64,000 bases of DNA from an uncultured Verrucomicrobiae bacterium (GCA_963837955.1 CAWIPH010000001.1:192001-256000); one strand, 5' to 3'. Shown: positions 19,237-29,430, counted from the stretch's first letter. Notes: generated from the sequence alone by a model not told the origin. A program made the numbers and translations.

Positions 19237-20123
19237 ATAACCAAAACGCGAAACCCGCAGACGCGAAAACCATAGCCTTACGCTGGCTGTTTTATTTCCT
19301 GGTCGCGATCATCTTGATTTTCAATCTGTTCCCATTTTTGTGGTCGGTTTATTCCTCGTTTCGTCCGAGCAATCAGCTGTTTTCGTCCGATCTGTTGCCG
19401 CAGTTTTCGCAGGGCGGAAAACTAAGCTTGTCGAACGCTTTCACTCTCGAACATTTTCAGACCATCTTCGCAGATCCCCGCTTTGTCGGAAGCCTCTGGA
19501 ATTCCCTTATCGTTGCTGGTTCAACGGTCCTTCTGGCGCTCGCCCTGGGTAGTGTTTGCGCCTACGCGTTAGGGCGTCTGCCGTTTCGATTTAAGGGACC
19601 AGTTTTGTATCTGGTTCTGACGATGACGATGTTCCCGCAGATCGCCGTGCTCTCGGGTCTCTTCGTGATGCTAAAGTCGCTCAACCTCTTCAACAGCCGG
19701 CCTGGGTTGATCTTGACGTATTTGATCTTTACGATGCCGTTCACGATCTGGGTAATGACCCAATATTTTCGAAGTCTACCGAAAGAGCTGGAGGAAGCCG
19801 CCTATGTGGACGGGGCTTCCCCTCTGAAAGTTTTCTGGCAAATTTTGCTCCCGTTGACCATGCCTGGGCTCATTTCGACCGGTTTGTTGGCGTTTATCGC
19901 GGCTTGGAACGAATTTTTGTTCGCACTCACATTCACTATCACAGACACGATGAAGACCGTTCCGGTCGTGATATCTCAGTTCAGTGGCGTCGATCCTCGG
20001 CAACAGCCTTGGGGAGAGATCATGGCAGCCTCGATGATCGTCACCGTGCCATTGGTAATCCTCGTTCTGATTTTCCAATACCGTATCGTCGAAGGTCTCA
20101 CCGCTGGCGCGGTCAAAGGCTAA
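19233..20123 (+). CDS. Carbohydrate ABC transporter permease
   Basis: ELEEAAYVDGA, AWNEFLFAL, GLTAGAVKG. Confidence 0.93.
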   Translation: MNNQNAKPADAKTIALRWLFYFLVAIILIFNLFPFLWSVYSSFRPSNQLFSSDLLPQFSQGGKLSLSNAFTLEHFQTIFADPRFVGSLWNSLIVAGSTVLLALALGSVCAYALGRLPFRFKGPVLYLVLTMTMFPQIAVLSGLFVMLKSLNLFNSRPGLILTYLIFTMPFTIWVMTQYFRSLPKELEEAAYVDGASPLKVFWQILLPLTMPGLISTGLLAFIAAWNEFLFALTFTITDTMKTVPVVISQFSGVDPRQQPWGEIMAASMIVTVPLVILVLIFQYRIVEGLTAGAVKG

Positions 20124-20257
20124 AGTCGACGGTAGGTGCGTGAACGTCGGTAATTTTCATTGACGGCCTGAGACTGGTTCGGCACCTTTCGGGTTCGCTC
20201 GAACGACCCCGCCGTTTTGGCACGCAATAAATAAACCGTATAGTTCACCAAATTATC

Positions 20258-20611
20258 ATGAAAGCTCTCTCTCTTGTTCGATTCGTTCGGACAGCCGCAC
20301 TGACCTTGGTGGCTGCCTTTTCCGTCTTCGCGCTTTCTGCTCGCGCGTTCGCCGATGACCTGCCCAGTTTTGCCGATCCCGATGTCAACACCTTCGTCAA
20401 GACCTACGCCCAATTTGTAGATGACTACATTACTGCATTGAAGGCGGCGAAGGCCGGCGACACGTCTAAACTAGCGGGTGTCCAAACCAAAGCGACCGAT
20501 CTCCAGTCGCAAGCGACTTTAGCAGCCGGAAAACTGAAACCCGACGAGTCCGACAAGTTTCAGAAGTTTGTTGCGACCTGCTCCCAAAAGATCACCGACG
20601 CTGTCAAGTAA
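20258..20611 (+). CDS. Small secreted helical protein of unknown function
   Basis: Signal peptide ending in AFA, followed by an Ala/Lys-rich helical mature region. Confidence 0.75.
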   Translation: MKALSLVRFVRTAALTLVAAFSVFALSARAFADDLPSFADPDVNTFVKTYAQFVDDYITALKAAKAGDTSKLAGVQTKATDLQSQATLAAGKLKPDESDKFQKFVATCSQKITDAVK

Positions 20612-20946
20612 GCCGGTGTTCTCGGGAAGAGCGAAGTGTCTTTTCTCGATTGCTGATTAGATGATCGACGTTGAGAGATTGGTGGTGCCACCCCGCGGAC
20701 CGCCAATCCGATGGAGTTCTGCCCGGTCTATTTCTTCGAGCTTCCCCCAAGATTCGTGTCCACGCCTGGGCGTCGGGTCATTCCGCGACGCCAGCGACTG
20801 AGATTTTGAAATAGCCGTCGACGGGATTTGCTCGACCGATTATTCTTTAATTCCGGCCCTCCGCTGCGAAGTAGTCGATCGCATAATTTCCCTCCGGAGA
20901 AGTTTGATGTTTATCGCGTATTGACGACGGCGACTCGGTCCTACAT

Positions 20947-21948
20947 ATGCCATTCCAAGTCGAGGCAAGAGAAACCCTACGCGAAGCGATCTTGCGAACT
21001 CGCAACGAACGTTTGGACAGAGCTATCGCTGCGTTGCAAAGCAAACCCGAACCATCGCCGGAAGCTATTCACGATGCACGCAGGGAGTTCAAACGCTTGC
21101 GTTCTCTCGTGCGGCTTGGTCGCGGCTCCATGGACAAATTGGTACGGAACCGGGAAGACCAAGCGCTGCGCAACGCCGGCCGCGCATTGGCCCAGAGTCG
21201 CGATGCTTCGGCCCTGCTGGAAACGATAGAGACAGTTTTCGGAAACTTGACGCCGGAAGACCGGAAGAGCCGGCGCATTTCTCCAGAGGGCCAGAAATTA
21301 CTTCAACAAATTTGCCAGGAATTGCGCAAAGACGCCTGTCGTACACTGGACCCGATGGAAATCAAAGCTACGGTGAAACTCCTCCGGGACATGAAGCGGC
21401 GCATTTGGTTGCCAACTTTGCCTTCACCGGAAGATTGGTATGCGACAGTTGGCGAAGGCCTCCAGCGAACATACCGACAAGGGAGAGAGCTGTTCGCCGT
21501 TTCCCAATCGATCGGCCTCCTCAATGCTAGTGACGAGCTCTGGCATGAAACTCGCAAAAGGACCAAGACGCTTGGTTATCAACTGCGCTTCCTGCGGAAG
21601 ATTTGGCCCGGAACCTTAAACGCTATCGCGGAACAACTCGAGGAGCTATCTGAGCGCTTGGGAGAAGATCACGATCTCGCTCTGGTTCGGCTTCGATTGA
21701 CTCAAATCGCGTTGCCGGAGGCTGAGTTCGAACCGTTTTCCATCGCTCGACTGAATCTCATTCGAGCAATCGATCGGCGGAGGCGCAGGCTGCAAAACGA
21801 GGCCTTAAGGAAAAGTCAGTTAGTTTACCTCGAGCAACCCCGTCGGTTTCTGAAGCGTATCCATTGCTACTGGGAGTGCTGGCAATCTCAGCGCCCCCAG
21901 TCCGCCCCGGCAATCCCGGTTCAACCCGCCAATTCGGCATTGGCGTAA
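20947..21948 (+). CDS. CHAD domain protein (polyphosphate-binding family)
   Basis: IHDARR..KRLR, WHETRKR.K.L.Y, LGEDHDL motifs. Confidence 0.9.
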   Translation: MPFQVEARETLREAILRTRNERLDRAIAALQSKPEPSPEAIHDARREFKRLRSLVRLGRGSMDKLVRNREDQALRNAGRALAQSRDASALLETIETVFGNLTPEDRKSRRISPEGQKLLQQICQELRKDACRTLDPMEIKATVKLLRDMKRRIWLPTLPSPEDWYATVGEGLQRTYRQGRELFAVSQSIGLLNASDELWHETRKRTKTLGYQLRFLRKIWPGTLNAIAEQLEELSERLGEDHDLALVRLRLTQIALPEAEFEPFSIARLNLIRAIDRRRRRLQNEALRKSQLVYLEQPRRFLKRIHCYWECWQSQRPQSAPAIPVQPANSALA

Positions 21949-22379
21949 CGCCGATCACCCGTAACTTCTCGGCCAAACCACGAGGGCGGCGCGAACATGC
22001 CAGCTTCGGACTCGGACGAAAACTCTACTTCGACCGTCTGGAGGCCTGACCGAGGGCCCTGGTAAACATCCAGTTCCGCTGTATGCCCGCTCTCGAGAGG
22101 AATCCGGTAGCGCCTCTTCAAGACCCGTCGTCCTTCGGTCAGTGACCACAATTGCAAGAACTGGTCCGGGGCGATCGGGAATTCGATTTCCAGCCGCGTA
22201 GGAGCGGTTCCACTTTTCACAGTCAGAAAACAATCCGTTCCGTTGACACGACGAATCCGCACTTCAACCGGTACCTCCGGGGGATTCTGGAAAGTCAGGT
22301 ATCCTTGTTCAATCAGTGCGTCGGCCGGAAGCGGTGGCACTTTTTCCGCGACGACCAGAAACTTTCGCTCGATTTCCAT
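21921..22379 (-). CDS. CYTH domain protein (triphosphate tunnel metalloenzyme)
   Basis: MEIERKFL, IEQGYL, EVEF, PSWFGREVTGD.RY.N. Confidence 0.92.
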   Translation of the reverse strand: MEIERKFLVVAEKVPPLPADALIEQGYLTFQNPPEVPVEVRIRRVNGTDCFLTVKSGTAPTRLEIEFPIAPDQFLQLWSLTEGRRVLKRRYRIPLESGHTAELDVYQGPRSGLQTVEVEFSSESEAGMFAPPSWFGREVTGDRRYANAELAG

Positions 22380-22791
22380 CGCGACCACAATACGACTCGT
22401 CTTTGTCACGCGCTTTCAGCGCTTGACCGCGTGTATATTCTTGTTCCTAGGGCTTCTAGGCTATCCTGAATCTCGGCTTCCGACTTCGCAATCCCTTCAC
22501 CGGCGATTCGAATTATCACCCCAGGCTTCGTCGGACGCGTCGCGGCTGAAGACTCGCTCATCAATTGTGATAAAGCGAAGTCCGACAGCCTGCTAGGTTA
22601 TCCTGAATCGCGCCTTCTCTCCTTCGCCAAGCCTTGCGACTTCGCCGACAGTCAACCGTCGCTCGAACATCGGGAAGCAGCTTAGTCGAACACGTCGGCG
22701 GGACAGGTCGCTCTCCCTGCCAAGTGACAAAGCATGAGCGAAGACGCCGATTCGCATGTGCGAATTGTGCCAAGCTCCTACGAAGGATCCC

Positions 22792-23031
22792 TCAAGGCTG
22801 GGAGGGCGGGGTCGGACTGGACGGTGGGGTCGGACTAGGGGGAGCGTTGAGCTCTACCTTCGGCAGATTTATGTTCTTCAGCTGATCACCAAGGGACTTT
22901 ATCTCCGATTCCAGAGCCGCCGTCTGCTGCTTAAGCTGCATACTGAAGTTATCCCGATTAGAATTCGGCAAATACAACATTGCCACACCACCAACGATCA
23001 ACCCTAAGAGAAAAGCGATTAATGCTCTCAT
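22792..23031 (-). CDS. Small membrane-anchored protein with a proline-rich tail
   Basis: N-terminal TM helix, short coiled coil, PPSPTPPSSPTPP tail. Confidence 0.65.
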   Translation of the reverse strand: MRALIAFLLGLIVGGVAMLYLPNSNRDNFSMQLKQQTAALESEIKSLGDQLKNINLPKVELNAPPSPTPPSSPTPPSQP

Positions 23032-23223
23032 GCTGTGGCTATTTTAGAGAACCTATCGCGAAACGACAGCAAATCCTGCTCGGATGAGGTTAAAGGTTAG
23101 CGGCTGACCGCTGGGCGTTTACGGTTTCTGGTAAGCCTTCCGGGCGGTCGGGAGCTAGAAGCCTTACCGAAGTTGGACAGCGACGGCATTTGCGTTCGAG
23201 CCGAAGCTTGGCGATCGTTCTCC

Positions 23224-23667
23224 GTGAACCGCAAAACCCAAGCAATCCGGCTGCGCCGCCTGCAAGGCAGGCTTGGTGAAGTAGCCTACGAAATCACTAA
23301 GGTGCATTTCGAGCGATTTCGCCATGCCGAGCCCACTTGGCAACCGGCGGTAAATTTTTTCCAGTGTAATCACTGCTTCCGGATTTGCGTGGAATTGGCC
23401 GGAGTCGATCCGCAGGATGTTGAGCTTACGGTGCAGCCCGGTCGTTTGATAATTCGCGGGCATCGGGCTCCACCAGAGCCGCGCTCTGGTGACGATCCGG
23501 GCCAAGAGCTTCCTTTGAAGACACTGCGCCTCTTGGCCATGGAAATCGATTACGGCCGTTTCGAGCGTTCCCTCGCCCTCCCTGAGGACACCGATATCGG
23601 TCGAATCGCAACGGCTTGGGATAACGGAATTCTCTGGATCGAAATCGCGCGTCTGCGCCACGCATAA
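23224..23667 (+). CDS. Hsp20/alpha-crystallin family protein
   Basis: WQPAVN, ELAGVDPQD, EIDYGRFERSLALP, A.WDNGILWI; start uncertain (GTG at 23224). Confidence 0.88.
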   Translation: MNRKTQAIRLRRLQGRLGEVAYEITKVHFERFRHAEPTWQPAVNFFQCNHCFRICVELAGVDPQDVELTVQPGRLIIRGHRAPPEPRSGDDPGQELPLKTLRLLAMEIDYGRFERSLALPEDTDIGRIATAWDNGILWIEIARLRHA

Positions 23668-23729
23668 CCTTACGGTGGGTCGAAGTTCGCCTCGGCGGAT
23701 ACCAGTAGGTATGACCCTCATTACACATC

Positions 23730-26216
23730 ATGAACGAAGCGGAAACTGATAAAAATCAAATCTCGTTGGCCGATAACAGCTCGCCGAACGAACCCTCCGC
23801 ATTGACTACTCGGGGAGGTCAGGAGATGGGTTCCGGATCAGAACAGATCGAGCAGCACGATCGGCAAACCGGATCTGAGGCGGATAAGGAAAACAGCCTT
23901 CGCGACGTCGCTGTTTTGCCGATTCGAAGCCTCGTAGTTTTTCCGGGGATGGTCGTCCCGCTGACGATTGGCCGGGCTTCGGCTTTGAAACTGATCGATA
24001 GCGAGTTGCCAGAAAATAAGCACATCGGCCTTTTCACTCAAAGAGACGAAACGAACGAGCGGCCGGGGCCATCCGACCTTTATCCTGTAGGGGTGCTGGC
24101 GCAGGTCTTAAAGCTCATCCGGCAACCGGACGGATCGGCGGTCCTGATCATACAAGCACAGCATCGCATTCGGACAGAGACCTTTCGGCAAGTGGAGCCT
24201 TATTTGCGGGCGACCGTTAGCCCTCTTCAGACGATCAGTCCATCGGATGACAAGGCGCTTCAAGCCGCATTCAACAACTTAAAGGTAGCGGCCGCCAGGC
24301 TGCTGGAACTTTCTCCGGAAATCCCGGATCAAGCACGAGCTGTTCTGGCAAACGTAGAAGAACCAGAGACTCTAGCCGATCTGCTCGCCGGGAACCTGGG
24401 CATCGAGATGGCCCGGAAGCAGATCATTCTGGAAGAGCCCGATCTGATGCACCGTATGCGGCTGGTGCAGGAGTCACTCCAGAGACAGCTTGAGATCGCC
24501 GAACTCCAACAAAAGTTGCGGCAAGATGTAGAGGGTCAGTTCTCCGACTCCCAAAGGCGCGCCTACCTGCGCGAACAGCTCCGAGCTATCCAGCGTGAGC
24601 TGGGTGAAGAAGAGCCGGGCGACGAAGAACAGGTCGAACAGCTTCGCACTAAATTGAAAGAATCGGGAGCACCGCCCGCTGTTCTGGAAGTTGCTGAGAA
24701 GGAATTGAAGCGACTGGCTCATGTGCCAAGCGCTAGTCCGGAAACCTCAGTCATCGTTTCTTATCTGGAGATGCTCGCCGATCTTCCCTGGCAGAAAAAG
24801 ACCGAGGATCATACCGATCTTGAGCGCGCCCAACAAATCCTCGACCGGGATCACTTTGGGTTGGAACGCGTAAAACGGCGGATCGTCGAGTTTCTCGCTG
24901 TCCGCAAACTCAATCCGGAAGGAAGGAGCCCCATCCTTTGTTTTCTTGGACCGCCCGGCGTCGGGAAGACAAGTCTGGGCCAATCAATCGCTGATTCGCT
25001 CGGTAGAAAATTCTCTCGCGTGTCGCTGGGAGGAATCCGGGATGAAGCGGAAATTCGAGGGCACCGACGCACGTATATTGGGTCGATGCCGGGACGCATC
25101 ATTCAAGAGATCCGCCGCCTCGGTGTCCGAAACCCGGTGCTGCTTTTGGATGAGTTGGACAAGATAGGCGCGGATATTCGAGGCGATCCGGCAAGTGCTC
25201 TCCTCGAAGTGCTCGATCCGCGACAGAACCATACATTCGTCGACCGATACCTCGACGTTCCATTCGACCTCAGCCAAGTGATTTTTATCGGCACCGCTAA
25301 TTACGTTGAAGGTATTCCGGCTCCCCTGCGAGACCGAATGGAAATGATCAACATTCCGGGCTACACCGAAACGGAGAAACTTCGGATCGCGCAGAATTAT
25401 CTGGTTCCCCGGCAGCTAGCCGAACATGGGTTGAAACCGGAACAATGCCAGTTTTCCGAGGAAGCGATCCTAGCAATTATTCAGGAATATACTTACGAAG
25501 CAGGCGTCCGGGATTTGGAACGGCGGATCGCTGCAGTCTGCCGGAGTGTCGCTGCCGAAATTGCCAAGGGCGTGGAGGCAGAAGTCAATGCCACGCCGTC
25601 GTTTGTTCGAGGCGTGCTGGGGAACGCCGCCCGTAGTATCCGCGAACAACGGCTTTCGGAAGACCTGGTTGGAGTGGTAACCGGATTGGCCTACACGCCG
25701 ACCGGAGGCGATGTTTTGTTCGTGGAAGCCACTCGCTACCCCGGCAAAGGCGAGTTGCTGCTCACGGGGCAGGTGGGCGACGTTATGCGCGAATCGATGC
25801 AGGCCGCCTATAGTCTGGTAAAGAGTCGGGCCAAACAATTAGGGATCGATCCTTCGGTCTTTGGCCAGACCGATGTCCACATTCATGTTCCGAGCGGCGG
25901 AATTCCGAAAGATGGCCCTAGTGCGGGTATTGCAATCACGACTGCTCTGGCCAGTCTATTCAGCGCGCGACCGATTCGGAGCGACGTTGCTATGACGGGC
26001 GAGATAACGCTGAGGGGATCGGTCTTGCCGATCGGCGGACTGAAGGAGAAAAGTCTAGCGGCGCTCCGCGCCGGGATTCGCCAGGTGCTCTTTCCCAAGG
26101 CAAACGAAAAGGATTTGGAAGAGGTGCCGCTGGAGGCCAGGCAACGCATGCAATTTACTCCGGTGTCCGAGATAGATGAGGTATTGGAGATAGCGCTATT
26201 GCCGAAAGTAGCCTGA
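23730..26216 (+). CDS. lon: ATP-dependent Lon protease
   Basis: GPPGVGKTS, GHRRTYIG, DPASALLEVLD, PKDGPSAG (catalytic Ser), IGGLKEK. Confidence 0.97.
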   Translation: MNEAETDKNQISLADNSSPNEPSALTTRGGQEMGSGSEQIEQHDRQTGSEADKENSLRDVAVLPIRSLVVFPGMVVPLTIGRASALKLIDSELPENKHIGLFTQRDETNERPGPSDLYPVGVLAQVLKLIRQPDGSAVLIIQAQHRIRTETFRQVEPYLRATVSPLQTISPSDDKALQAAFNNLKVAAARLLELSPEIPDQARAVLANVEEPETLADLLAGNLGIEMARKQIILEEPDLMHRMRLVQESLQRQLEIAELQQKLRQDVEGQFSDSQRRAYLREQLRAIQRELGEEEPGDEEQVEQLRTKLKESGAPPAVLEVAEKELKRLAHVPSASPETSVIVSYLEMLADLPWQKKTEDHTDLERAQQILDRDHFGLERVKRRIVEFLAVRKLNPEGRSPILCFLGPPGVGKTSLGQSIADSLGRKFSRVSLGGIRDEAEIRGHRRTYIGSMPGRIIQEIRRLGVRNPVLLLDELDKIGADIRGDPASALLEVLDPRQNHTFVDRYLDVPFDLSQVIFIGTANYVEGIPAPLRDRMEMINIPGYTETEKLRIAQNYLVPRQLAEHGLKPEQCQFSEEAILAIIQEYTYEAGVRDLERRIAAVCRSVAAEIAKGVEAEVNATPSFVRGVLGNAARSIREQRLSEDLVGVVTGLAYTPTGGDVLFVEATRYPGKGELLLTGQVGDVMRESMQAAYSLVKSRAKQLGIDPSVFGQTDVHIHVPSGGIPKDGPSAGIAITTALASLFSARPIRSDVAMTGEITLRGSVLPIGGLKEKSLAALRAGIRQVLFPKANEKDLEEVPLEARQRMQFTPVSEIDEVLEIALLPKVA

Positions 26217-26333
26217 TGCTCCGGCCTGTAGCCTGATGCTCCAGCCTCAGGGATCCGATTGCCTACTCCAAAATTCCCAAGCGAGGGCCTGACCTCGCGC
26301 CCGGGCTTCTGCCGCCTGAAGGGATCAGGCTGC
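26208..26333. repeat. GTAG-type REP/REPIN (family B) with a 20-bp tandem duplication of the left end
   Basis: GTAGCCTGATGCTCCRGCCT twice, then GGATCAGGCTGC at the right end; a homologue lies at 42249-42361. Confidence 0.78.
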
Positions 26334-26415
26334 CGCCATTATCGAAATATTTGATGCGCATTAGCGTTGCTTGCTCGCCCCCATACGGTTAATTGCGGCC
26401 TTTGCTTTTCCAAAA

Positions 26416-28413
26416 ATGGCCCGCCTCTTCGATCTAAACCCTCAACAGCTGGAGGCGGTAAAAACCACGCGCGGACCAGTTCTCATTCTGGCCGGCGCGG
26501 GAACTGGGAAGACCCGGGTGATCACCATGCGGATCACCTACCTACTGCATGAGGGTATTAGTCCCGAGGCGATCCTGGCAGTCACTTTCACTAACAAGGC
26601 AGCCCACGAGATGCGGGATCGAATCGGGGCAATGGTCGAGAGAACTAAAGCGAGACGCCTGACAATTTGCACATTCCACGCTCTCTGCGTCCGCATTCTG
26701 CGTCAGGATATTGATCGTCTCGGCTACAAGACAAACTTTGCCATCTACGACGAAGGTGATCAGCTCGGACTTATCCGAAAGATTGTTTCGAGAATTTCTG
26801 CTAAGAACGAAAAGCTCGATCCCCAGTTAGCCAGGAATCTGATCAGCCGCGCCAAGAATCAGCATTGGAAGCTAGCCCAACCGGCTACGAGTAACAGCTT
26901 ATTGGCAGCGGTCTTTGAGCGTTATCAAGAAGAGTTGAAGGCCGCGAACGCGGTCGATTTCGATGATCTGCTGATCCTGACGGTGCGATTGCTGGAGACA
27001 AATCCAGAAATCACCGATAAATGGCAGGAGCGGTACCAATACCTGATGATAGATGAGTTCCAGGACACGAACCGTCTGCAGTTGGAATTGGTGCGTTACC
27101 TTGGTCAAAAGCATCGCAACGTCTGCGTCGTCGGAGACGATGACCAAAGTATTTACGGATGGCGCGGAGCGGAAATCGCCAACATTCTCGAATTTGAAGC
27201 TCATTTTCCTGATCCGAAAATCATTAAGCTGGAGCAAAACTATCGCAGTTCCCCGGCCATCCTTGGATTAGCCAACAGCGTTATTCGGCATAACCCACGA
27301 CGCCGGCCCAAGTCTCTCTGGAGCGAAAAAGGAGCGGGCCAAAACGTGCAGGTTGTTGCCATCCCAGACGATCGAGAAGAAGCGAGTTACATCGTTTCGG
27401 AATTGCAAAAACAACAGCTCGAAGAAGCCGGTCCGTGGGGCCGCTTCGCTATCATCTTTCGAATGAACGCTCAATCACGTTTGTTCGAAGAGCAGTTGCG
27501 ACGTCTGCAAATTCCCTACCGGATTATTGGCGGGCGCAGTTTCTTTGAGAGAAGAGAAGTGAAAGATCTACTGGCGTATCTCGCTTGCTTGGCTAATCCG
27601 CACGACGATCTGAACCTGCTCCGCATCGTCAACACGCCAACACGCGGAATCGGTGCCTCCACCATCGAGCTCGCCGTCGCCGAAAGTAACCAGGCGAAGA
27701 CCAGCATATTCGCCACGCTGCAATCTCCAAAATTTCACGAGATGCTCTCTTCGAAGACTGGGACCGCGGTCCGAAATTTCATCGAATTAATCGATCTATA
27801 CGAGACGCGGATTCATCAACCGCTGGCCGACTTAGCTCCCATAGCGACAGCGCTGCTTGAAGAGATAAATTACTCTGGAGAGTTGCGGCGAAGCTGTAAA
27901 ACCCCGGAAGAAATTTTGAACCGAGAGGAGAACGTCCGAGAACTCATTCGGACCCTTTCCGATTATCAGCGCCGATCAACGGAAGGTCTGAGCGGGTTCC
28001 TGGCTGAGGTCGCTCTCGACCAGGAACGCGAGGAAGATACCGATACGGAAAAAGATGGTGTGACTTTGATTACTTTCCATGCGGCTAAGGGACTCGAATT
28101 CCCGCACGTATTTCTGATCGGAATCGAAGAAGGGATCCTGCCGCATGATCGTTCGAAACTCGAAGGAAATCTCGATGAGGAACGCCGGCTATTTTACGTC
28201 GGCATCACCCGGGCGATGGAGACCCTCACCATTACTCATTGCGCTAATCGAAATAAGTACGGTGGGTCCATGCCCTGTCACCCAAGTTCTTTTCTCAAGG
28301 ATCTTGATCCGCAGTACGTGGAAGTGGTGAATTATCATCAACTGGCCAATCAACCCGCCAGCGAAGGCACCGCGCGAAGTCATTTTGCCAAAATGCGCGA
28401 ATTGCTGGGATGA
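26416..28413 (+). CDS. UvrD/PcrA/Rep-family SF1 DNA helicase
   Basis: AGAGTGKT, DEFQDTN, VGDDDQSIY, LEQNYRS, HAAKGLEF, EERRLFYVGITRA. Confidence 0.95.
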   Translation: MARLFDLNPQQLEAVKTTRGPVLILAGAGTGKTRVITMRITYLLHEGISPEAILAVTFTNKAAHEMRDRIGAMVERTKARRLTICTFHALCVRILRQDIDRLGYKTNFAIYDEGDQLGLIRKIVSRISAKNEKLDPQLARNLISRAKNQHWKLAQPATSNSLLAAVFERYQEELKAANAVDFDDLLILTVRLLETNPEITDKWQERYQYLMIDEFQDTNRLQLELVRYLGQKHRNVCVVGDDDQSIYGWRGAEIANILEFEAHFPDPKIIKLEQNYRSSPAILGLANSVIRHNPRRRPKSLWSEKGAGQNVQVVAIPDDREEASYIVSELQKQQLEEAGPWGRFAIIFRMNAQSRLFEEQLRRLQIPYRIIGGRSFFERREVKDLLAYLACLANPHDDLNLLRIVNTPTRGIGASTIELAVAESNQAKTSIFATLQSPKFHEMLSSKTGTAVRNFIELIDLYETRIHQPLADLAPIATALLEEINYSGELRRSCKTPEEILNREENVRELIRTLSDYQRRSTEGLSGFLAEVALDQEREEDTDTEKDGVTLITFHAAKGLEFPHVFLIGIEEGILPHDRSKLEGNLDEERRLFYVGITRAMETLTITHCANRNKYGGSMPCHPSSFLKDLDPQYVEVVNYHQLANQPASEGTARSHFAKMRELLG

Positions 28414-28414
28414 A

Positions 28415-28507
28415 CGGGTTACGGGTTGCAGGTTAGAAGTTTACAGGGATTCGGACACGCCAGCGAAGTGGGACCCATGAGTCCCATGAGACACATAGGT
28501 CCTATGC
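28415..28507. repeat. Degenerate heptamer array followed by a 9-mer array
   Basis: cgggtta cgggttg caggtta gaagttt directly after the helicase stop; gacccatga gtcccatga gacacatag gtcctatgc at 28472-28507. Confidence 0.6.
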
Positions 28508-28534
28508 GGTCACCGCAGGCTGAGCTGCTGACCG

Positions 28535-29266
28535 CTAGCCTTTCAGGGCCGCTCCGTATCGCTCGGCGACGTGATCCCAATTAATCACGTTCCAAAACGC
28601 CGCGATATATTCCGGCCGGCGATTCTGATGCTTGAGATAGTAAGAGTGTTCCCAAACATCGATTCCCAAGATCGGCACTTCTTTTTCATCCTTTTTTGAG
28701 ATCGGGTTATCCTGGTTGGGTGTCGGCTTGATCTCCAAATCTTTACCATCAACGACTAACCAGGCCCAACCACTCCCGAACACTTTGGTGCCTGCTTCGG
28801 TAAACTTCGTTTGAAAGTCAGTGAAGTTTCCAAAACTCGTATCAATCGCTTTTGCTAGATCGCCCGTTGGTTTGCCAGCTTCATTCTTCTTCAGGAATTT
28901 CCAAAACAAGGAGTGATTGTAATGACCCCCTGCATTGTTGCGAACCACGGTTCGAATGTTTTCGGGGAGCGTATCCAAGCTGGTCAGTAACTCTTCCAGC
29001 GAAAGCTGCTGAAATTTCGGATCCGCGCTAGCCAAAGCTTTGTTCAGGTTCTCCACATAAGCAGTGTGATGCTTATCGTGATGGATCTGCATAGTCAGCG
29101 TGTCGATGTAAGGCTCGAGCGCGTCATAAGGATAGCCAAGATCAGGTACTTTGTACGGATAGGTCAGTTTCGCAGTACCGGTTTCCGCCCGGGAAAAAGT
29201 AGGAGCCAGGGTGATGGCGCCCGTGGCTAGGGCGACAGTCTTAATTGCTGAGCGTCGGGTCATCAT
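28535..29266 (-). CDS. sodA: Superoxide dismutase (Mn/Fe family, probably Mn) with a twin-arginine signal
   Basis: HHDKHH, NNAGGHYNH, FGSGWAWL, NQDNP, DVWEHSYY; N-terminus TRRSAIK. Confidence 0.93.
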   Translation of the reverse strand: MMTRRSAIKTVALATGAITLAPTFSRAETGTAKLTYPYKVPDLGYPYDALEPYIDTLTMQIHHDKHHTAYVENLNKALASADPKFQQLSLEELLTSLDTLPENIRTVVRNNAGGHYNHSLFWKFLKKNEAGKPTGDLAKAIDTSFGNFTDFQTKFTEAGTKVFGSGWAWLVVDGKDLEIKPTPNQDNPISKKDEKEVPILGIDVWEHSYYLKHQNRRPEYIAAFWNVINWDHVAERYGAALKG

Positions 29267-29386
29267 AGATTTGGATCGTGCAAATGGTGCACATTACTAA
29301 TGCGGTTGGACCAGACCCGGAGCAAATTTGTTTGAACCTTTCGACCGTTCGACAACTAGCCGCTCTCGCTCTACCCATTTTCGCGA

Positions 29387-29415
29387 TTGAACGGCATAGC
29401 CAGACCCCGTATAGT
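29387..29415 (+). promoter_or_regulatory. Putative sigma70 promoter of ilvB
   Basis: TTGAAC-N17-TATAGT, 15 nt upstream of ATG 29431. Confidence 0.6.
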
Positions 29416-29430
29416 CACCCGCTCGTTTTT

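Noticed and set aside
20218..20234. TTGGCACGCAATAAAT upstream of the secreted protein gene
   Set aside because: The -24 element is good but there is no -12 GC.
23164..23721. 185-aa minus-strand ORF
   Set aside because: It is the antisense shadow of the Hsp20 gene.
29278..29430. ilvB N-terminal extension or attenuator leader peptide
   Set aside because: There is no Ile/Leu/Val-rich leader ORF or terminator, and a promoter-like element lies within this stretch.
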